From the NCBI GenBank assembly GCA_963740355.1, contig CAVUDW010000003.1:2272001-2336000 (forward strand): a stretch of 64,000 nucleotides of DNA, given 5' to 3'. Below are positions 32,593-43,498 of the stretch, piece by piece. Source of the DNA: an uncultured Gemmatimonadaceae bacterium. GTDB taxonomy: Bacteria > Gemmatimonadota > Gemmatimonadetes > Gemmatimonadales > Gemmatimonadaceae. The translations under genes and the position numbers were made by a program. Within the stretch, counting starts at the first letter, position 1; every line of letters starts with the position of its first letter. Below the pieces are notes generated by a model. It ran no database searches, was not told where the DNA came from, and was given only the letters and a program-made list of their open reading frames with translations.

Positions 32593-33972
32593 TCACTTCC
32601 AGCCGACCAACCCCTTCACCGACGCGAACAGCTTCGCACTGTCGTAGCCAACGCCGCGCTTGAACACCAGCTGCATGCGCGTGATCGCGCCGGCGTCAGT
32701 CACAGGGTTGCCATCCAGGATCACGAGGTCCGCATCCTTGCCAGTGGCAATCGAGCCGGTGCGTTTGTCGATACCGAGGAATGCCGCTCCATTCAGCGTT
32801 GCGATGTGAATCGCCTCGACCGCGGAGAAGCCTGCCTCCACCAGGAGCTGAATCGCGCGCTGGTTGGCGTAACCCGGCACGACGCCGCCGTAGCCGGTAG
32901 GGTCGGTGCCCAGCACGAGGCGACCACCAAGTCGAACGAACTCCCGCTCCAGCTCCAACATGCGAGTGTATTCCCGCCTGGCACTGCTGTTCGTGTCGCG
33001 CGAGATACGCTCCCAGGTCGCTTCATACTGTGCGCGTACCTGCGGCAACATCGATTCCAGCGCGCCAAGAGGGGCCTTGGGCTGACCGGGAACACTGATT
33101 TCCATCACGGTCGGTGTCGACGTCAGCGTCACGCCTTTGGACACCAGGTGCTTCAGCAGTTGCTGCACGTCCGGGTCGCGCACATCACGCGACGCGAGCG
33201 CCCTTTTCCCCGCAGGACCTGCCGGACACTGATCCACCACCTTGCCCGGTGCAAAATCGGTCGACGCAAAGAAGCCATGCTCGAGATTGTCGATGCCGAT
33301 GTCGGCGGCTTCCCGATATGTGACCGAACACAGGTGTCCCGTCACCTTGATGCCGCGTGCGTGCGCCACTGCCACGATCGCCGCCAGCTCCGGGCGCGAG
33401 ATCTGCATGTAGGCCTTGAAACTCGTGGCGCCTTCATCGGCCCAGTAGGTCGCCATCCGGGATGCGTCGGCCGAATCGCGGAGCCCCTTCACGCCCGGAA
33501 TCGGCAACCCCGGTCCGTTGAAGTAGGGAGCGGTGACGAAGATATCCGGCCCGGGAATCCGGCCCGATTCAATGTTGCGCGCGACGTTGAAGTCGGTGTA
33601 CCCGCCCATGTTGCCCGCGGTGCGCATCGTAGTCACACCACCACCCAAGTACAGGCGCGGAAAACTCTCGGCATGCGTCGGATATGCGCCGCCGCCCGCG
33701 ACGTAGAAGAGGTGCTCGTGCAACATCACCAGGCCGGGGATCACCGTCTTGCCCGTCAAGTCTCGCACGGCCGCCCCTGCGGGCACCGGGGTGGAGGCTG
33801 ACGGTCCGTACGCCGCGATCTTGCCGTCGCGCAGAACGATCGTCTGGCCTTCGCGCGCCGCCGCGCCGGTGCCATCCACGACGCGGGCATTCGTGAGTGC
33901 GATCACCGGCTCGTTTGCCGCGACGAATTGTGCTGGAGATTGCAGCAGGAAGGCGAGCGATAGAATCAGCAT
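32593..33972 (-). CDS. Amidohydrolase family protein
   Basis: PGLVMLHEH, GVTTMRTAG, GHL, LEHG, GTD, GKDADLVILDGNP. Confidence 0.9.
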   Translation of the reverse strand: MLILSLAFLLQSPAQFVAANEPVIALTNARVVDGTGAAAREGQTIVLRDGKIAAYGPSASTPVPAGAAVRDLTGKTVIPGLVMLHEHLFYVAGGGAYPTHAESFPRLYLGGGVTTMRTAGNMGGYTDFNVARNIESGRIPGPDIFVTAPYFNGPGLPIPGVKGLRDSADASRMATYWADEGATSFKAYMQISRPELAAIVAVAHARGIKVTGHLCSVTYREAADIGIDNLEHGFFASTDFAPGKVVDQCPAGPAGKRALASRDVRDPDVQQLLKHLVSKGVTLTSTPTVMEISVPGQPKAPLGALESMLPQVRAQYEATWERISRDTNSSARREYTRMLELEREFVRLGGRLVLGTDPTGYGGVVPGYANQRAIQLLVEAGFSAVEAIHIATLNGAAFLGIDKRTGSIATGKDADLVILDGNPVTDAGAITRMQLVFKRGVGYDSAKLFASVKGLVGWK

Positions 33973-34066
33973 GGATCACGGTGACCGACGGTGAACGAAC
34001 GGAGGGCCCTCTTCGCGCTGCCACGAGCGACACGACACGCCGCCTTGCGCACAAGCTATGTACGCG

Positions 34067-34459
34067 TCAGGGTGCCGGTTCGCGGACCTGCAGCACGTTG
34101 CCCTCAGGGTCGTGCCCATCGCAGGCGCGAAATCCCCGTGCCTCCCATTCCGCCGATGCCGGCTTGATCGCTCCACCAAGCGCGAACGCTGCGCTACGGG
34201 CGGCGGCGATGCTCACGACCGGAAAGCAGAACTTCAGGTACGAGTCCTCGCGCACGACGACACCACCCGCGACACCTGCCTGATCCCCGTCACTCCAGCG
34301 CATCGCATGCACGACTAGCTGCATCCCGTGCGTTTCGAGAATCACGTGGTCGGCGGCGTCATGCACCATCACCATGCCGCCGACGCCCTCGTAGAACCGC
34401 GATACACGGTGCACATCAGAGACGAACAACACGACGGCGGCTTGCGGCAGTGAAGGCAT
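34067..34459 (-). CDS. VOC/glyoxalase family protein
   Basis: VLFVSD...FY, DPEGNV. Confidence 0.8.
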   Translation of the reverse strand: MPSLPQAAVVLFVSDVHRVSRFYEGVGGMVMVHDAADHVILETHGMQLVVHAMRWSDGDQAGVAGGVVVREDSYLKFCFPVVSIAAARSAAFALGGAIKPASAEWEARGFRACDGHDPEGNVLQVREPAP

Positions 34460-34474
34460 CAGGTGACTCGCGAT

Positions 34475-34873
34475 TCAGGTTGGCGCTGACGCGGCGCTGT
34501 GCATATCAGCGGTCTGCCGTGCGCGAAACCAGCCGCCCGCAACAGCACTCGGCGCCATCAGCAGCAATGCTGCAACCTGACTCCACACCGATCCATGCCC
34601 AAGTGTCGCGGCCAGCGATACCCCCGCGCCAATTGCCAGTAACACCGAGACAGCCACTCCGTGCGCCTGTGGATTGCGGCCTGCGATCACGCCGGCTGCG
34701 TAGCCGCCAGCACACGCGAACAGCATCCCCGACACGATACTCAGCGCCATGAACGACATCGGCGCCGCGGCATGTGGTGCCTGACCCGACACGCGAAAGA
34801 TCGCGAAGGACAGCGCAGCAAAAATGACGTAGCCGACAAACACCGCCAGCATCGAGCGAAGAAACGAGATCAC
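34475..34873 (-). CDS. Hypothetical membrane protein
   Basis: Four hydrophobic helices. Confidence 0.65.
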   Translation of the reverse strand: MISFLRSMLAVFVGYVIFAALSFAIFRVSGQAPHAAAPMSFMALSIVSGMLFACAGGYAAGVIAGRNPQAHGVAVSVLLAIGAGVSLAATLGHGSVWSQVAALLLMAPSAVAGGWFRARQTADMHSAASAPT

Positions 34874-35007
34874 AGGAGTCTCGAGAGGTTCGAATACGAC
34901 GTGGAAAATTCTGGCATCAGGACCAACGCGGTCTCATCGTCATCCCTCCAATGGGCGATGTACGATCGAACCACCATCGCTTCCGACCGACTCGCGCACC
35001 GTTGACG

Positions 35008-35397
35008 TCAGCTCGCCCTCTCGGATGAGAAGACCAACAGAAAACCATCCAGATCTCGCGCGCGAAACACACGGGCACCGAAAGCGTCTGCCGGCTCACT
35101 GGCCAGGACACCGCCGCGCGCCACGATACCGGCGGCCAATTCGTCGATATTCGCTCGGGTGGTGAATTGCATCGAGAACCCGTCGCCCTTCTGTCGATCC
35201 AGCCCCTTCGTTCCATCATCCTGCGTGAGGAGGATCTTCACCGTTCCAGCACTCAGCGAGACGGCGCGCACAACGCCCTCGCGGACGTATTCCTGATGCA
35301 CCGTGAAGCCGACGACGTCACGGTACCAGCCAAGGCTGGCGGCAAGATCGGCGACGGTAAGTGACACGTTCAACGCAACTGCTTCAAATGGGATCAT
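35008..35397 (-). CDS. VOC/glyoxalase family protein
   Basis: LTVADL...WYRDVVGF, FGARVF...DLDGF. Confidence 0.85.
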   Translation of the reverse strand: MIPFEAVALNVSLTVADLAASLGWYRDVVGFTVHQEYVREGVVRAVSLSAGTVKILLTQDDGTKGLDRQKGDGFSMQFTTRANIDELAAGIVARGGVLASEPADAFGARVFRARDLDGFLLVFSSERAS

Positions 35398-35510
35398 CGC
35401 GTGATGCTGGGCGTTCTCTCGGAGGGGACGTCATGATCGAGCCCAAGCTACGATGAGCGCGCTGCCTTGTGCCACTCAGCCCAGTCGGCACTCGCGACGC
35501 GGAAGCGCGC

Positions 35511-36251
35511 CTAGACGAGCTCGACGGCCCGCTTCGCGCCGACGCTCCGAAGCCACGCCACAAAGTCGGCATCGCCGCCCTCCAGCGCCACATCACAGGC
35601 CGTCTTGCGGTCATGCCCGATCCAGTTCACGTCTGCTCCACGCTCCATCAGGAGCGTGGCTGTCGCGCGCTGACCGCCACGGCAGGAATGCCAGAGCGCA
35701 TTCGTGAGATCGCGAGTGTCAGGCGCGGGGGTCGATGCCATCAGTGCTTGCACACGCTCGACCAACCCGAGCGCTGCCGCCTGCCAGATCGTCGTCTCGG
35801 CGCCGCGCTCGAATAGACGCCGTGCCGCGCGCCACTGCGCGAAGATCACCGCATCCGACATTGCCGGACCACCGGTGAAGACGGCGCCTCCGGCCTCGAT
35901 CTCGGCGCCGTGATCGAGCAACGCGTCCAGGACCGCCACATCATCACTGCTGGCTGCCGCGTGCAACGCGGTCTCAGGCGACCCCGACTTGGCCGCGTGA
36001 ATCAGCGGCGCGCTCATCTCCGCCCCTGCCGCTGCCAGGACAGCCACCGTCGCCGCACCGTTCGGGAAATGCCCCGGCCAATCCGCCACGATATGCGCCA
36101 GCGTGCGCGACACACCCTTGTCGTCGACGATCCGCGCCGTCGCCAATGCAGGTCGCGCCTTCAATTGTTGTTCGAGTGACGCCGTGTCACCGCCCTGAAT
36201 CGCGGCCACGATCGCTCGTGCACTCGCATCACTCGCTGGAATCTTCAGCAT
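35511..36251 (-). CDS. Ankyrin-repeat protein
   Basis: DWPGHFP, ETALHAAASSDD, LLDHGAEIE, GADVN. Confidence 0.88.
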   Translation of the reverse strand: MLKIPASDASARAIVAAIQGGDTASLEQQLKARPALATARIVDDKGVSRTLAHIVADWPGHFPNGAATVAVLAAAGAEMSAPLIHAAKSGSPETALHAAASSDDVAVLDALLDHGAEIEAGGAVFTGGPAMSDAVIFAQWRAARRLFERGAETTIWQAAALGLVERVQALMASTPAPDTRDLTNALWHSCRGGQRATATLLMERGADVNWIGHDRKTACDVALEGGDADFVAWLRSVGAKRAVELV

Positions 36252-36759
36252 CGCGCCTCATCGCTTTCGTCTTGTCCATCCACACGCCCCACGTCGCCCG
36301 CCCAGCATCGGCATCGCGCACCGGCTGACCCGCCAACTTCATCGTCAACTTGATCTGGCCATGATGATAACCCTCATGCCAGATCATGTGTTGCAGCATG
36401 AGCACTGGATGATCGTAATGCAACTCCATTGCGCGACCAGATGCTATGCGTGATTGCACCGCATCCCGTACAACTTTCGCACTTTCGTTCAGCATCTGTG
36501 CAATGCGGGCCGGATCTCGCTCGTGCAGCCACTCGATCGGAGGCACGGTCGTGGCGCGCTCCGGCACATCCTCCGCCACCGAGATCAGGCGCACGTAGTG
36601 CATGTGCGTGAACAGCTCGGCTATCGTCGCACTGCCATCCATCGATCGCACCTCGAGCGCATCCGGCGGCAGCAGGGCGAGCAAGTTGACGAGGATGGTG
36701 TTGTTGCGATCCCACGAGTCGAGCAGGGCGTCGAGAAGGCTCTGGTCAGATTCCGTCAA
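36229..36759 (-). CDS. DinB family protein
   Basis: SWDRNNTIL, HMHYVR, HMIWHEGYHHGQI; start uncertain (TTG 36759). Confidence 0.85.
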   Translation of the reverse strand: MTESDQSLLDALLDSWDRNNTILVNLLALLPPDALEVRSMDGSATIAELFTHMHYVRLISVAEDVPERATTVPPIEWLHERDPARIAQMLNESAKVVRDAVQSRIASGRAMELHYDHPVLMLQHMIWHEGYHHGQIKLTMKLAGQPVRDADAGRATWGVWMDKTKAMRRDAEDSSE

Positions 36760-36805
36760 GATGTCGCCGCTCCACGTCGTGGATGACGCCAACGGACGAG
36801 GGTGC

Positions 36806-37378
36806 TCACGCCGGTGGCAGGTAGAACAGCAGGTCGAGCGACGGTGGCTTGATCCCCTGCGTCCGCAACAGCACACAGATCTGGGCCGTATGCCGCATCT
36901 CGTGAATCATCACATGCCACATCAACCCGTCCAGCGTGTATCGCTCCGACGGTGCATCGTGCAAGCTCACGACGCGACTCAGCTCGTCGTCGGTGAAGGT
37001 CGCGAGGTGCGCCAGCGTGTTGCGCTCTACCGCGCGCCAGTAGTCCAGCAACGCGTCGAGTCGCATGCCGGAGTAGTCGTCACCCGACTGGTGATCCCGC
37101 AACGCCGGTATCGACTCCCACACCGGCGGCACGCAGAGGATGTCTTCGTTCACCCATCCATCTTCCACTGCCGGAATGTGGAAGACGAAATCCTTGATGC
37201 TGCGGAATCGGTCTCCACGCAACAGGGGCTTGGCCAGCACCTCCTCCGGGATGGCCGACAGCGCGCTCCAGAGATCTCGACGCGCTCGGCCGAGGTAGTC
37301 GTATGCTGCTGCGATGTTCACCGGGTCTGCTCCGAGATGGCGTAGGATGTCGATGTCGGCGCGTGCGGGCGATGCCAT
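36806..37378 (-). CDS. DinB family protein
   Basis: SIKDFVFHI, HVMIHEMRHTAQI. Confidence 0.85.
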   Translation of the reverse strand: MASPARADIDILRHLGADPVNIAAAYDYLGRARRDLWSALSAIPEEVLAKPLLRGDRFRSIKDFVFHIPAVEDGWVNEDILCVPPVWESIPALRDHQSGDDYSGMRLDALLDYWRAVERNTLAHLATFTDDELSRVVSLHDAPSERYTLDGLMWHVMIHEMRHTAQICVLLRTQGIKPPSLDLLFYLPPA

Positions 37379-37497
37379 ACGACTCCCCATCTGTCGTACT
37401 GCACCGCACGTCGCGCGCGGTCACGATACGCGCCCAGTGTCACAGCCGGCAAGTCGTGGCGCTGTGACCCAATCTGGTAGCCCGCACGCGCCGGATG

Positions 37498-37944
37498 TCA
37501 CGTGTTGGACACCGCCAGCACGGCAGCCGATAGGGACATGATCGCACAGAGCGGCGTGAACACTCGCGTATCCCACGTTGCGAACGGTGTCCCGTGCACG
37601 CGCTTGAACAGGCCGACATAGCGGAATTCGCCGATTGTCCGCGCACCAAACGCGAGGGCCACGCCCCAGATTCCCGTACGCTGCACCACGACCGGCAGGT
37701 GCACGCCCAGCAGGTGCGCACTGCCAAGTACGATGATGCCGGCCAGCGAAAGCGCGATCGCAACGCCGACCGTCGTAATTCGGCCAGGGCGGAAGAGCGG
37801 GCGACCATCGAGGCGCGTCGGCACCGCTGCGCCAGAGCTGGCACCACGGACCGCCCAGTGGACGTGCAATGCCGCCAGCACGAACAGGATGACCGAAAGG
37901 CACGACGCAAGAATCTTCACGAATGGCGCAATTTGAGGTGGCAT
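37498..37944 (-). CDS. DUF3995-like membrane protein
   Basis: LHVHWA, RTIGEFRYVGLFK, FATWDT..FTPLC. Confidence 0.78.
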   Translation of the reverse strand: MPPQIAPFVKILASCLSVILFVLAALHVHWAVRGASSGAAVPTRLDGRPLFRPGRITTVGVAIALSLAGIIVLGSAHLLGVHLPVVVQRTGIWGVALAFGARTIGEFRYVGLFKRVHGTPFATWDTRVFTPLCAIMSLSAAVLAVSNT

Positions 37945-38206
37945 AAACATATCCGCTGCGTCGCTGCCCAATGGAATGCCATCGAGGAAGCGACCGTGAA
38001 TTCGCTCCGCATTTGGTCGCGTTGACGCGGGCGACACCCGCACCGCGCATGGGTCGAATGACCTGTGTTCGAACCAACTTCCAGCGTGTCAGCGCACGTG
38101 TAACCCGCGGCGCCGATCTCCCGTATTTCTCGTGTATTCGCAGCCGCCATTTGTCATGTCTGAAGACAGGCAGCCTTACCCACAGACGATTTGAAACGAG
38201 GAAGAC

Positions 38207-38611
38207 ATGTCGATCGAACTCTCGCAGGATGACCGCGCCGCACTCGAGCGGACTGTCTCCCAACTCGAAGCCGGATGGAATGCTCTCGATGGCGCGGCAT
38301 TCGCCACGCCCTTTGCCGACGATGCCGACTTCGTCAACGTTCGCGGTGAGCACCATCGCACTCGCAACGCCATTGCCGGCGGACACGAAGGAATCTTCTC
38401 CACCATCTACGCCGGCAGCCGCAACCAGTACACGCTCGAGTCGGCGCGCCTGCTGCGTCCCGATGTCGCCCTCGTACACGTGCGATCGGCGCTCGATGTC
38501 CCGCAAGGGCCGTTGGCCGGTCATCTCAGCGCGCTCTTCTCGATGGTGCTCACCAAGGAGCCTGATGGATGGCGCATCGCGACCTTCCACAATACGCTCA
38601 CCAATGCCTGA
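38207..38611 (+). CDS. SgcJ/EcaC (SnoaL/NTF2-like) protein
   Basis: WNALDG..F...FADDADFVNV.G, WRIATFHNT; GAGG RBS. Confidence 0.85.
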   Translation: MSIELSQDDRAALERTVSQLEAGWNALDGAAFATPFADDADFVNVRGEHHRTRNAIAGGHEGIFSTIYAGSRNQYTLESARLLRPDVALVHVRSALDVPQGPLAGHLSALFSMVLTKEPDGWRIATFHNTLTNA

Positions 38612-38685
38612 CGTCGTTGCGATCGTGGCGTTGATGCGCCACGGCGCCGCGGCGCAGTGAAGGCGTTCGCGCAGTCAGCGCCGCA

Positions 38686-39108
38686 TCACATCGCGTCCAG
38701 GCGTTGCTGAAGTCGCTCCATTCCGCCACGCACCATGTCCGCGTAGCCGCCATCTGGCAGCGCATCCACGACATCGCGGCCGCGGCGGGCGAGTCGGCGC
38801 GCCTCGTCGATCCGCCCGGCGACTCGGTACGACTCCGCGAGGTTCAGGCAGAGTGACGGCAATAACTCGACCATCCGCGCGTCGGTGAGGGCGTCGGCAT
38901 GGTGGAGGGCGACTTCGTTCCAGTGCAGTGTCAGTTCCGGCGCACCCTGCAGTCTCGCGAGGTAGTGCGCCGCAATGCTGGCATCGAAGTCATCAGTGCG
39001 CGCAGCCCATGCCTGCTCGTACAACGCAAGCGCCTCGGCGCGATTGCCTTCCACCTGGATGCCCGCGATGCAGAGCGCCACGACGGAATTGTTGGTGTCG
39101 AAGATCAT
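38686..39108 (-). CDS. TPR-like hypothetical protein
   Basis: A.ALYEQAW...D.FDASIAAHYLAR, PSLCLNLA. Confidence 0.7.
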   Translation of the reverse strand: MIFDTNNSVVALCIAGIQVEGNRAEALALYEQAWAARTDDFDASIAAHYLARLQGAPELTLHWNEVALHHADALTDARMVELLPSLCLNLAESYRVAGRIDEARRLARRGRDVVDALPDGGYADMVRGGMERLQQRLDAM

Positions 39109-39274
39109 CGGACCTCGTCTACGGCAACCAGCGCAGCGACGATCACCGCCCGGGATTCTGCCTGCTGTGTGTCGCGCGTGATGGTGGCGCTGCAATCGTC
39201 GAGCTGTCGGTCGTATGACCCGAACTGCGGGTCCAAATGCATCAGGCCAGCCGTGTCTTGGAACGTAACGCAAC

Positions 39275-39643
39275 TCACGCGCCGCGTGCCCACCACAGAT
39301 ATACCAGCGCCAACGCGATATCCGGCGTCGCCTGAAAGGCCATCGTAGTCGGTACATCGCCGCGGAGCGCATACGCCGCCGTCAGGAAGAAGAATCCAGC
39401 CTTCCCGATCGCACCTACTACGATCAGCGGCCGGTTGAGCGTGCGCTGCATCGCCTGCCACCCGTATACGATTCCAAACAGGGCGATCGTAAACGCGATC
39501 TGCCCGGCGTAGTACGGCGGCGCCGCGATCGGCCACATCAGCGAGGGTCGCCCGATCGCGAGTGGTGCAAGGATGAACACGCCAAGCGCGTTGAGCGCAA
39601 CGCTGCTCCACAACGCACCGCGGATGATCTGATCTCGTGACAT
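39275..39643 (-). CDS. Hypothetical membrane protein
   Basis: Four hydrophobic segments. Confidence 0.6.
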   Translation of the reverse strand: MSRDQIIRGALWSSVALNALGVFILAPLAIGRPSLMWPIAAPPYYAGQIAFTIALFGIVYGWQAMQRTLNRPLIVVGAIGKAGFFFLTAAYALRGDVPTTMAFQATPDIALALVYLWWARGA

Positions 39644-39754
39644 CGGCGCGAGAAGTGGGAATACAGCATGCATGGCCGTGCGGTCCATACGAATCGAGGG
39701 CATGCGGGTTTCGTGCGACACACTCCCTGCAGCAGCGTTGACGTCACGCAGCAG

Positions 39755-40168
39755 TCACCGCCACGTCGTGGCGGCGCCGGAACGACCGACCAGCCACCAT
39801 TCGCTGGCAACGGCCACCCCCACCCCCACAGCGTACGCCAGCAGATCGCGTGGGTCGAACCCGCTGCCGAGCACCAGGCGCCCGAACAGCGTGCCACGTA
39901 AGGCGTCGAGCGCCGGCGTGTGGAGGAGCTGGCTCAGTTCCACGGCGACACAGATGGTCAGTGCTGCCACTCCGCGGCTCGTGCGTGTGGCGGCTGGGAA
40001 CAGCGCGCTGATCCACCACACGATCATCACCGCCCAGAGCGCGTCACCAAGTACATCCTGCGCCGCCGCACCGAGCGCCGCGCCTCGCAGATGCACCACA
40101 AGTCCTGCCACAATCGTCGCCAGCGCGAGCCCAGCGTACGTCACCCGCGCGCGAAGCATGGAGGGCAT
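39755..40168 (-). CDS. DUF2809 (YjgA-like) membrane protein
   Basis: GDALWA, VELSQL, R.TLFGRLVLG..F...DL.AY. Confidence 0.85.
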   Translation of the reverse strand: MPSMLRARVTYAGLALATIVAGLVVHLRGAALGAAAQDVLGDALWAVMIVWWISALFPAATRTSRGVAALTICVAVELSQLLHTPALDALRGTLFGRLVLGSGFDPRDLLAYAVGVGVAVASEWWLVGRSGAATTWR

Positions 40169-40172
40169 GGAC

Positions 40173-40652
40173 TCAAGTACGAAGTGGAATCGGTTGCAGC
40201 AAGTAGTAGACGTCTGTCCTCAAAAGCGAGGGATCGGCGTGCCAATGCCCATACACCTCCCACGACGGTCCTGCGTACTGGCGATCATTCGTGCGGCACC
40301 AATCGAGAATCGCAGCGTGTGCGGCGCCCAATCCGGTATAGTCACCGACGTGCACTGCCGTCGCTGCGATGCCAGCGGGCGTCGACATCGGCACGACCAA
40401 ACCACGCGCTGTAAACGGCGACGTCACACCGACGCAGAAGTCGACCTGCAGCGACCCATCATCCTGCTCGAGGTAGATGAAGATGTTCTGCCCGTCGAGC
40501 GCCGCCACACCGTCGCGACCTGCGGCATACACCTGGTCGAGGTGCGCCCTGAACGTTCGGGAAACTTCGCCACGGCCACCGCGCACACGAACACCGGCCA
40601 CCGCCCGCGCCTCGACCGCCACCTCCGCTACGCCGTAGTGTTTTCCCGCCAT
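40173..40652 (-). CDS. GyrI-like small-molecule-binding protein
   Basis: HVGDY..L..AH..I..W, WEVYG, LRTDVYY. Confidence 0.82.
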   Translation of the reverse strand: MAGKHYGVAEVAVEARAVAGVRVRGGRGEVSRTFRAHLDQVYAAGRDGVAALDGQNIFIYLEQDDGSLQVDFCVGVTSPFTARGLVVPMSTPAGIAATAVHVGDYTGLGAAHAAILDWCRTNDRQYAGPSWEVYGHWHADPSLLRTDVYYLLQPIPLRT

Positions 40653-40791
40653 CGTTCGCTCCGATTGCGTCGTCGTACGCAACGTGACGAGTACACAGAC
40701 CCGCGTCGAGAAACAGCAGGAATCAGGTCACAAACCGAAGTACGACGATCCTCGACCGACAAGTGTCTTCCACAACCTGCCCAGCCAACAG

Positions 40792-43452
40792 CTAGAACGT
40801 CCCGCCCAAAAACACCGCGTTCGCAAAAATCGGCAACTGCCCGCGGAACATGTCGCGGTACACGGGATCCTGCGTAAACGCGATCACTCGACCACGCCCC
40901 ACGCGCTCGGTCCAGAGATAGGGCGTCAAGCCCAGCTTGTCGGCCGCCTCGGGCCAGTAGTAGCCCGCCAGGCGAACACGACCCGCCGGCGCAAACCGAA
41001 TCACCGCCTCTCCCGCCGCCAGATCCTTCGGCACGGTGAATTGCCGGTCCCCGTTCACGAACACGGGAATTTCACGCGCATTCACACCGGACAGCAGCGG
41101 CGAAAGTGTGTCGATCGTCGCCCGCGCCAGCACACCGGGAAGTCCACCAGGCAACGGCGCGCCACCCGCCGAATCAGCGCGCGTCGAGTCGCGTCGCGCC
41201 CGCAAGCGAAGCAGGCCGTTCGGTTGCGCCGCCCAGGACGTCGCCGCTTCCGTCGTGATCAGCACACCACCGCTTCGCACCCATTCCGCCAACCGTGCCT
41301 TGCCCGCATCGCCCAGGATGCGATCCAGCGCCCCGCCCTGCACCGACGGGATAATGAGCACCGTGTACCGCCGCATGTCGCCATTCGCGAGGTATGATGC
41401 ATCGATCACCGTCGACGGATATCCAAGTCGCTGGTCGAGCGCATACCACACGAACCCGAATGGCGTGCCCGACACCGGCGCGCCGCCGAGTACCGCCACT
41501 GTCGGTGCACGCACCGGAACCACCGAGTTACTTCCCAGGTCGGTGCCCTCCGTCACACCGGCCGAGGCGATCGGTGCCACCTGTGCGCCAGCCGCCAGCG
41601 CCAATGCCGATACCCGTCCGTGCACCGACGCATCGTTCATCGCCACACGCACCACATAGGCACCGTGCGGGAACTTCGCACTGCCGGATGTGAACGGCAT
41701 CGGCGCATACCAGACACGAATCGAGTCTCCCAACAGCGACGACAGCAGCCGGATCGACGACTCGCTCCCCGGCGCGAACGCGTACCCATACTGCGCGATC
41801 GACATCGTGGTTGCGACCGCCCGCGGCAACTCCGTAACCGCGGTCACGCCCGCCGGAATCGCCCGCACCGCATACGCCTGCACGCGCCACGCCATGGGCA
41901 GTGACCACGCCGTCACATCGTAGAATCGGTTCCGGCTGCCGGTGCGGCGAAGTTCGAGCTCGAACTTGAGGAACGCCGAATCGAGTGCCGCATCCGGCTC
42001 GAGCAGCGCCTTCGCCAGGTGCCCCTGCGGTTGCGCGTAGTCCACGACATAGGCGCCCGCACGCACCTTCGTCGTCAGCACCGACGACGACGTGCCATAC
42101 GCCGTCGCGTTCATCAGGTCGGCGTCCGCGTTCAGCCGCGAGACATCGATGCCGTTGGCACGCAGCGACATCGCCAGCGAATCGGCACGCCCCTGATCGT
42201 CTCGCACGAACACCACGCCGCGATTCACATCCTTTGCGTGGCTGCTTATCGCATCCGCACGCGCCTGCGCGTAGTCACGCAGCAGTTCGGTCCGCCGACG
42301 CGCTGACGTCCGCACCGTCGCCCACTCCGCCGTGTAATGCTCCCACGCCGCCTGGCGCAACGTGCGCAGCGTGCCGTCATTCCGCATCACGGCGCCGCCC
42401 GCGCTGGATGCCGCCTCGAACAACATGCCGATGCTGCCGGTGAGCATCGGCCATCCCTCGCCATAGCCGGGATAGAACGAATCGTAGCCCTCGCGACGGA
42501 AGTACGACCAGCCGTGCGTGTCAAAGTCTGCACCATGCGCCGCTGCGAAGATGTCGAACCACTTCGGCAGGTTCTTCGGATTGTTCGCGTTGTCTGGCTC
42601 TCGCGGTGGCGCGAAATAGAACGACGAACTCGAGCCCTGCTCATGCAGGTCGACAGCGACCTGCGGCATCCAGGTCAGGAAGGTCTTCACGCGACCCTTT
42701 GACTCGGGGTGCGACTGCGTGAACCAGTCGCGATTGAGGTCGAAGTAGTAGTGCGAGGTGCGCGGCCCGGGCCAGCTGCCGGCATTGTTCAGCGCCTGCG
42801 GATCGCTGGCGATGCCGGCGCTGCTCGTCATGCGCTCGAGGTCGTGCGTGAAACGCTCACGTCCATCCGGATTTTCGTTCGGATCGATCAACACCACCGT
42901 GCTGTCCAGCGCCATCAGCGTCTCGGCATCCGTTCCGGCCGCCAACTGGTAGAGCAGCGCCAACCCCGCTTCGGCCCCCGACGCCTCGCCACCATGCACT
43001 GAGTGCGCCAGCCAGACGATCGCAGGTGTCCGCTTGATCGCTGCCTCCACCTCACCGGCCGTCGCACCGCGCGGATCGGCAATGCGACGTGCATCGCGCG
43101 AAATGTCAGCCAGTCGAGCCATGTTGGCTTCACTCGACACCGTGATCACGAGCATCTCGCGACCCTCGAACGTGTGCGACACCGTGTCCACCTTCACACG
43201 CTTCGACGTCGCCGCGATCCGCTCGATGTAGCGCATCATCAACCGCTGCGGCGTGAAGCGGGCGCCATTTTCGTAGCCAAGGATGCTGCGCGGCGTCGGT
43301 ACCCGCGGATCGTAGGTCCGCGCCGGCGTGCCGGTGGCCTCGGTGAATCCGTGCTGCGCGCGTGCGGTGAGCGGCAGGAGGGCGCTGGCGGCAAGCAGCA
43401 GGCCGGGAACGACGAAGCGCCGAGGCGCGCGACTGGTGACAATGCGGGGCAT
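40792..43452 (-). CDS. M14 zinc carboxypeptidase family protein
   Basis: HGGEASG, NPDGRER, DLNRDW, DLHEQ; signal peptide; ATG 43452. Confidence 0.9.
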   Translation of the reverse strand: MPRIVTSRAPRRFVVPGLLLAASALLPLTARAQHGFTEATGTPARTYDPRVPTPRSILGYENGARFTPQRLMMRYIERIAATSKRVKVDTVSHTFEGREMLVITVSSEANMARLADISRDARRIADPRGATAGEVEAAIKRTPAIVWLAHSVHGGEASGAEAGLALLYQLAAGTDAETLMALDSTVVLIDPNENPDGRERFTHDLERMTSSAGIASDPQALNNAGSWPGPRTSHYYFDLNRDWFTQSHPESKGRVKTFLTWMPQVAVDLHEQGSSSSFYFAPPREPDNANNPKNLPKWFDIFAAAHGADFDTHGWSYFRREGYDSFYPGYGEGWPMLTGSIGMLFEAASSAGGAVMRNDGTLRTLRQAAWEHYTAEWATVRTSARRRTELLRDYAQARADAISSHAKDVNRGVVFVRDDQGRADSLAMSLRANGIDVSRLNADADLMNATAYGTSSSVLTTKVRAGAYVVDYAQPQGHLAKALLEPDAALDSAFLKFELELRRTGSRNRFYDVTAWSLPMAWRVQAYAVRAIPAGVTAVTELPRAVATTMSIAQYGYAFAPGSESSIRLLSSLLGDSIRVWYAPMPFTSGSAKFPHGAYVVRVAMNDASVHGRVSALALAAGAQVAPIASAGVTEGTDLGSNSVVPVRAPTVAVLGGAPVSGTPFGFVWYALDQRLGYPSTVIDASYLANGDMRRYTVLIIPSVQGGALDRILGDAGKARLAEWVRSGGVLITTEAATSWAAQPNGLLRLRARRDSTRADSAGGAPLPGGLPGVLARATIDTLSPLLSGVNAREIPVFVNGDRQFTVPKDLAAGEAVIRFAPAGRVRLAGYYWPEAADKLGLTPYLWTERVGRGRVIAFTQDPVYRDMFRGQLPIFANAVFLGGTF

Positions 43453-43498
43453 ATGACGCGGAAGGGGGGCGAGTGTCGAGACGAGCACGCCCACCAAG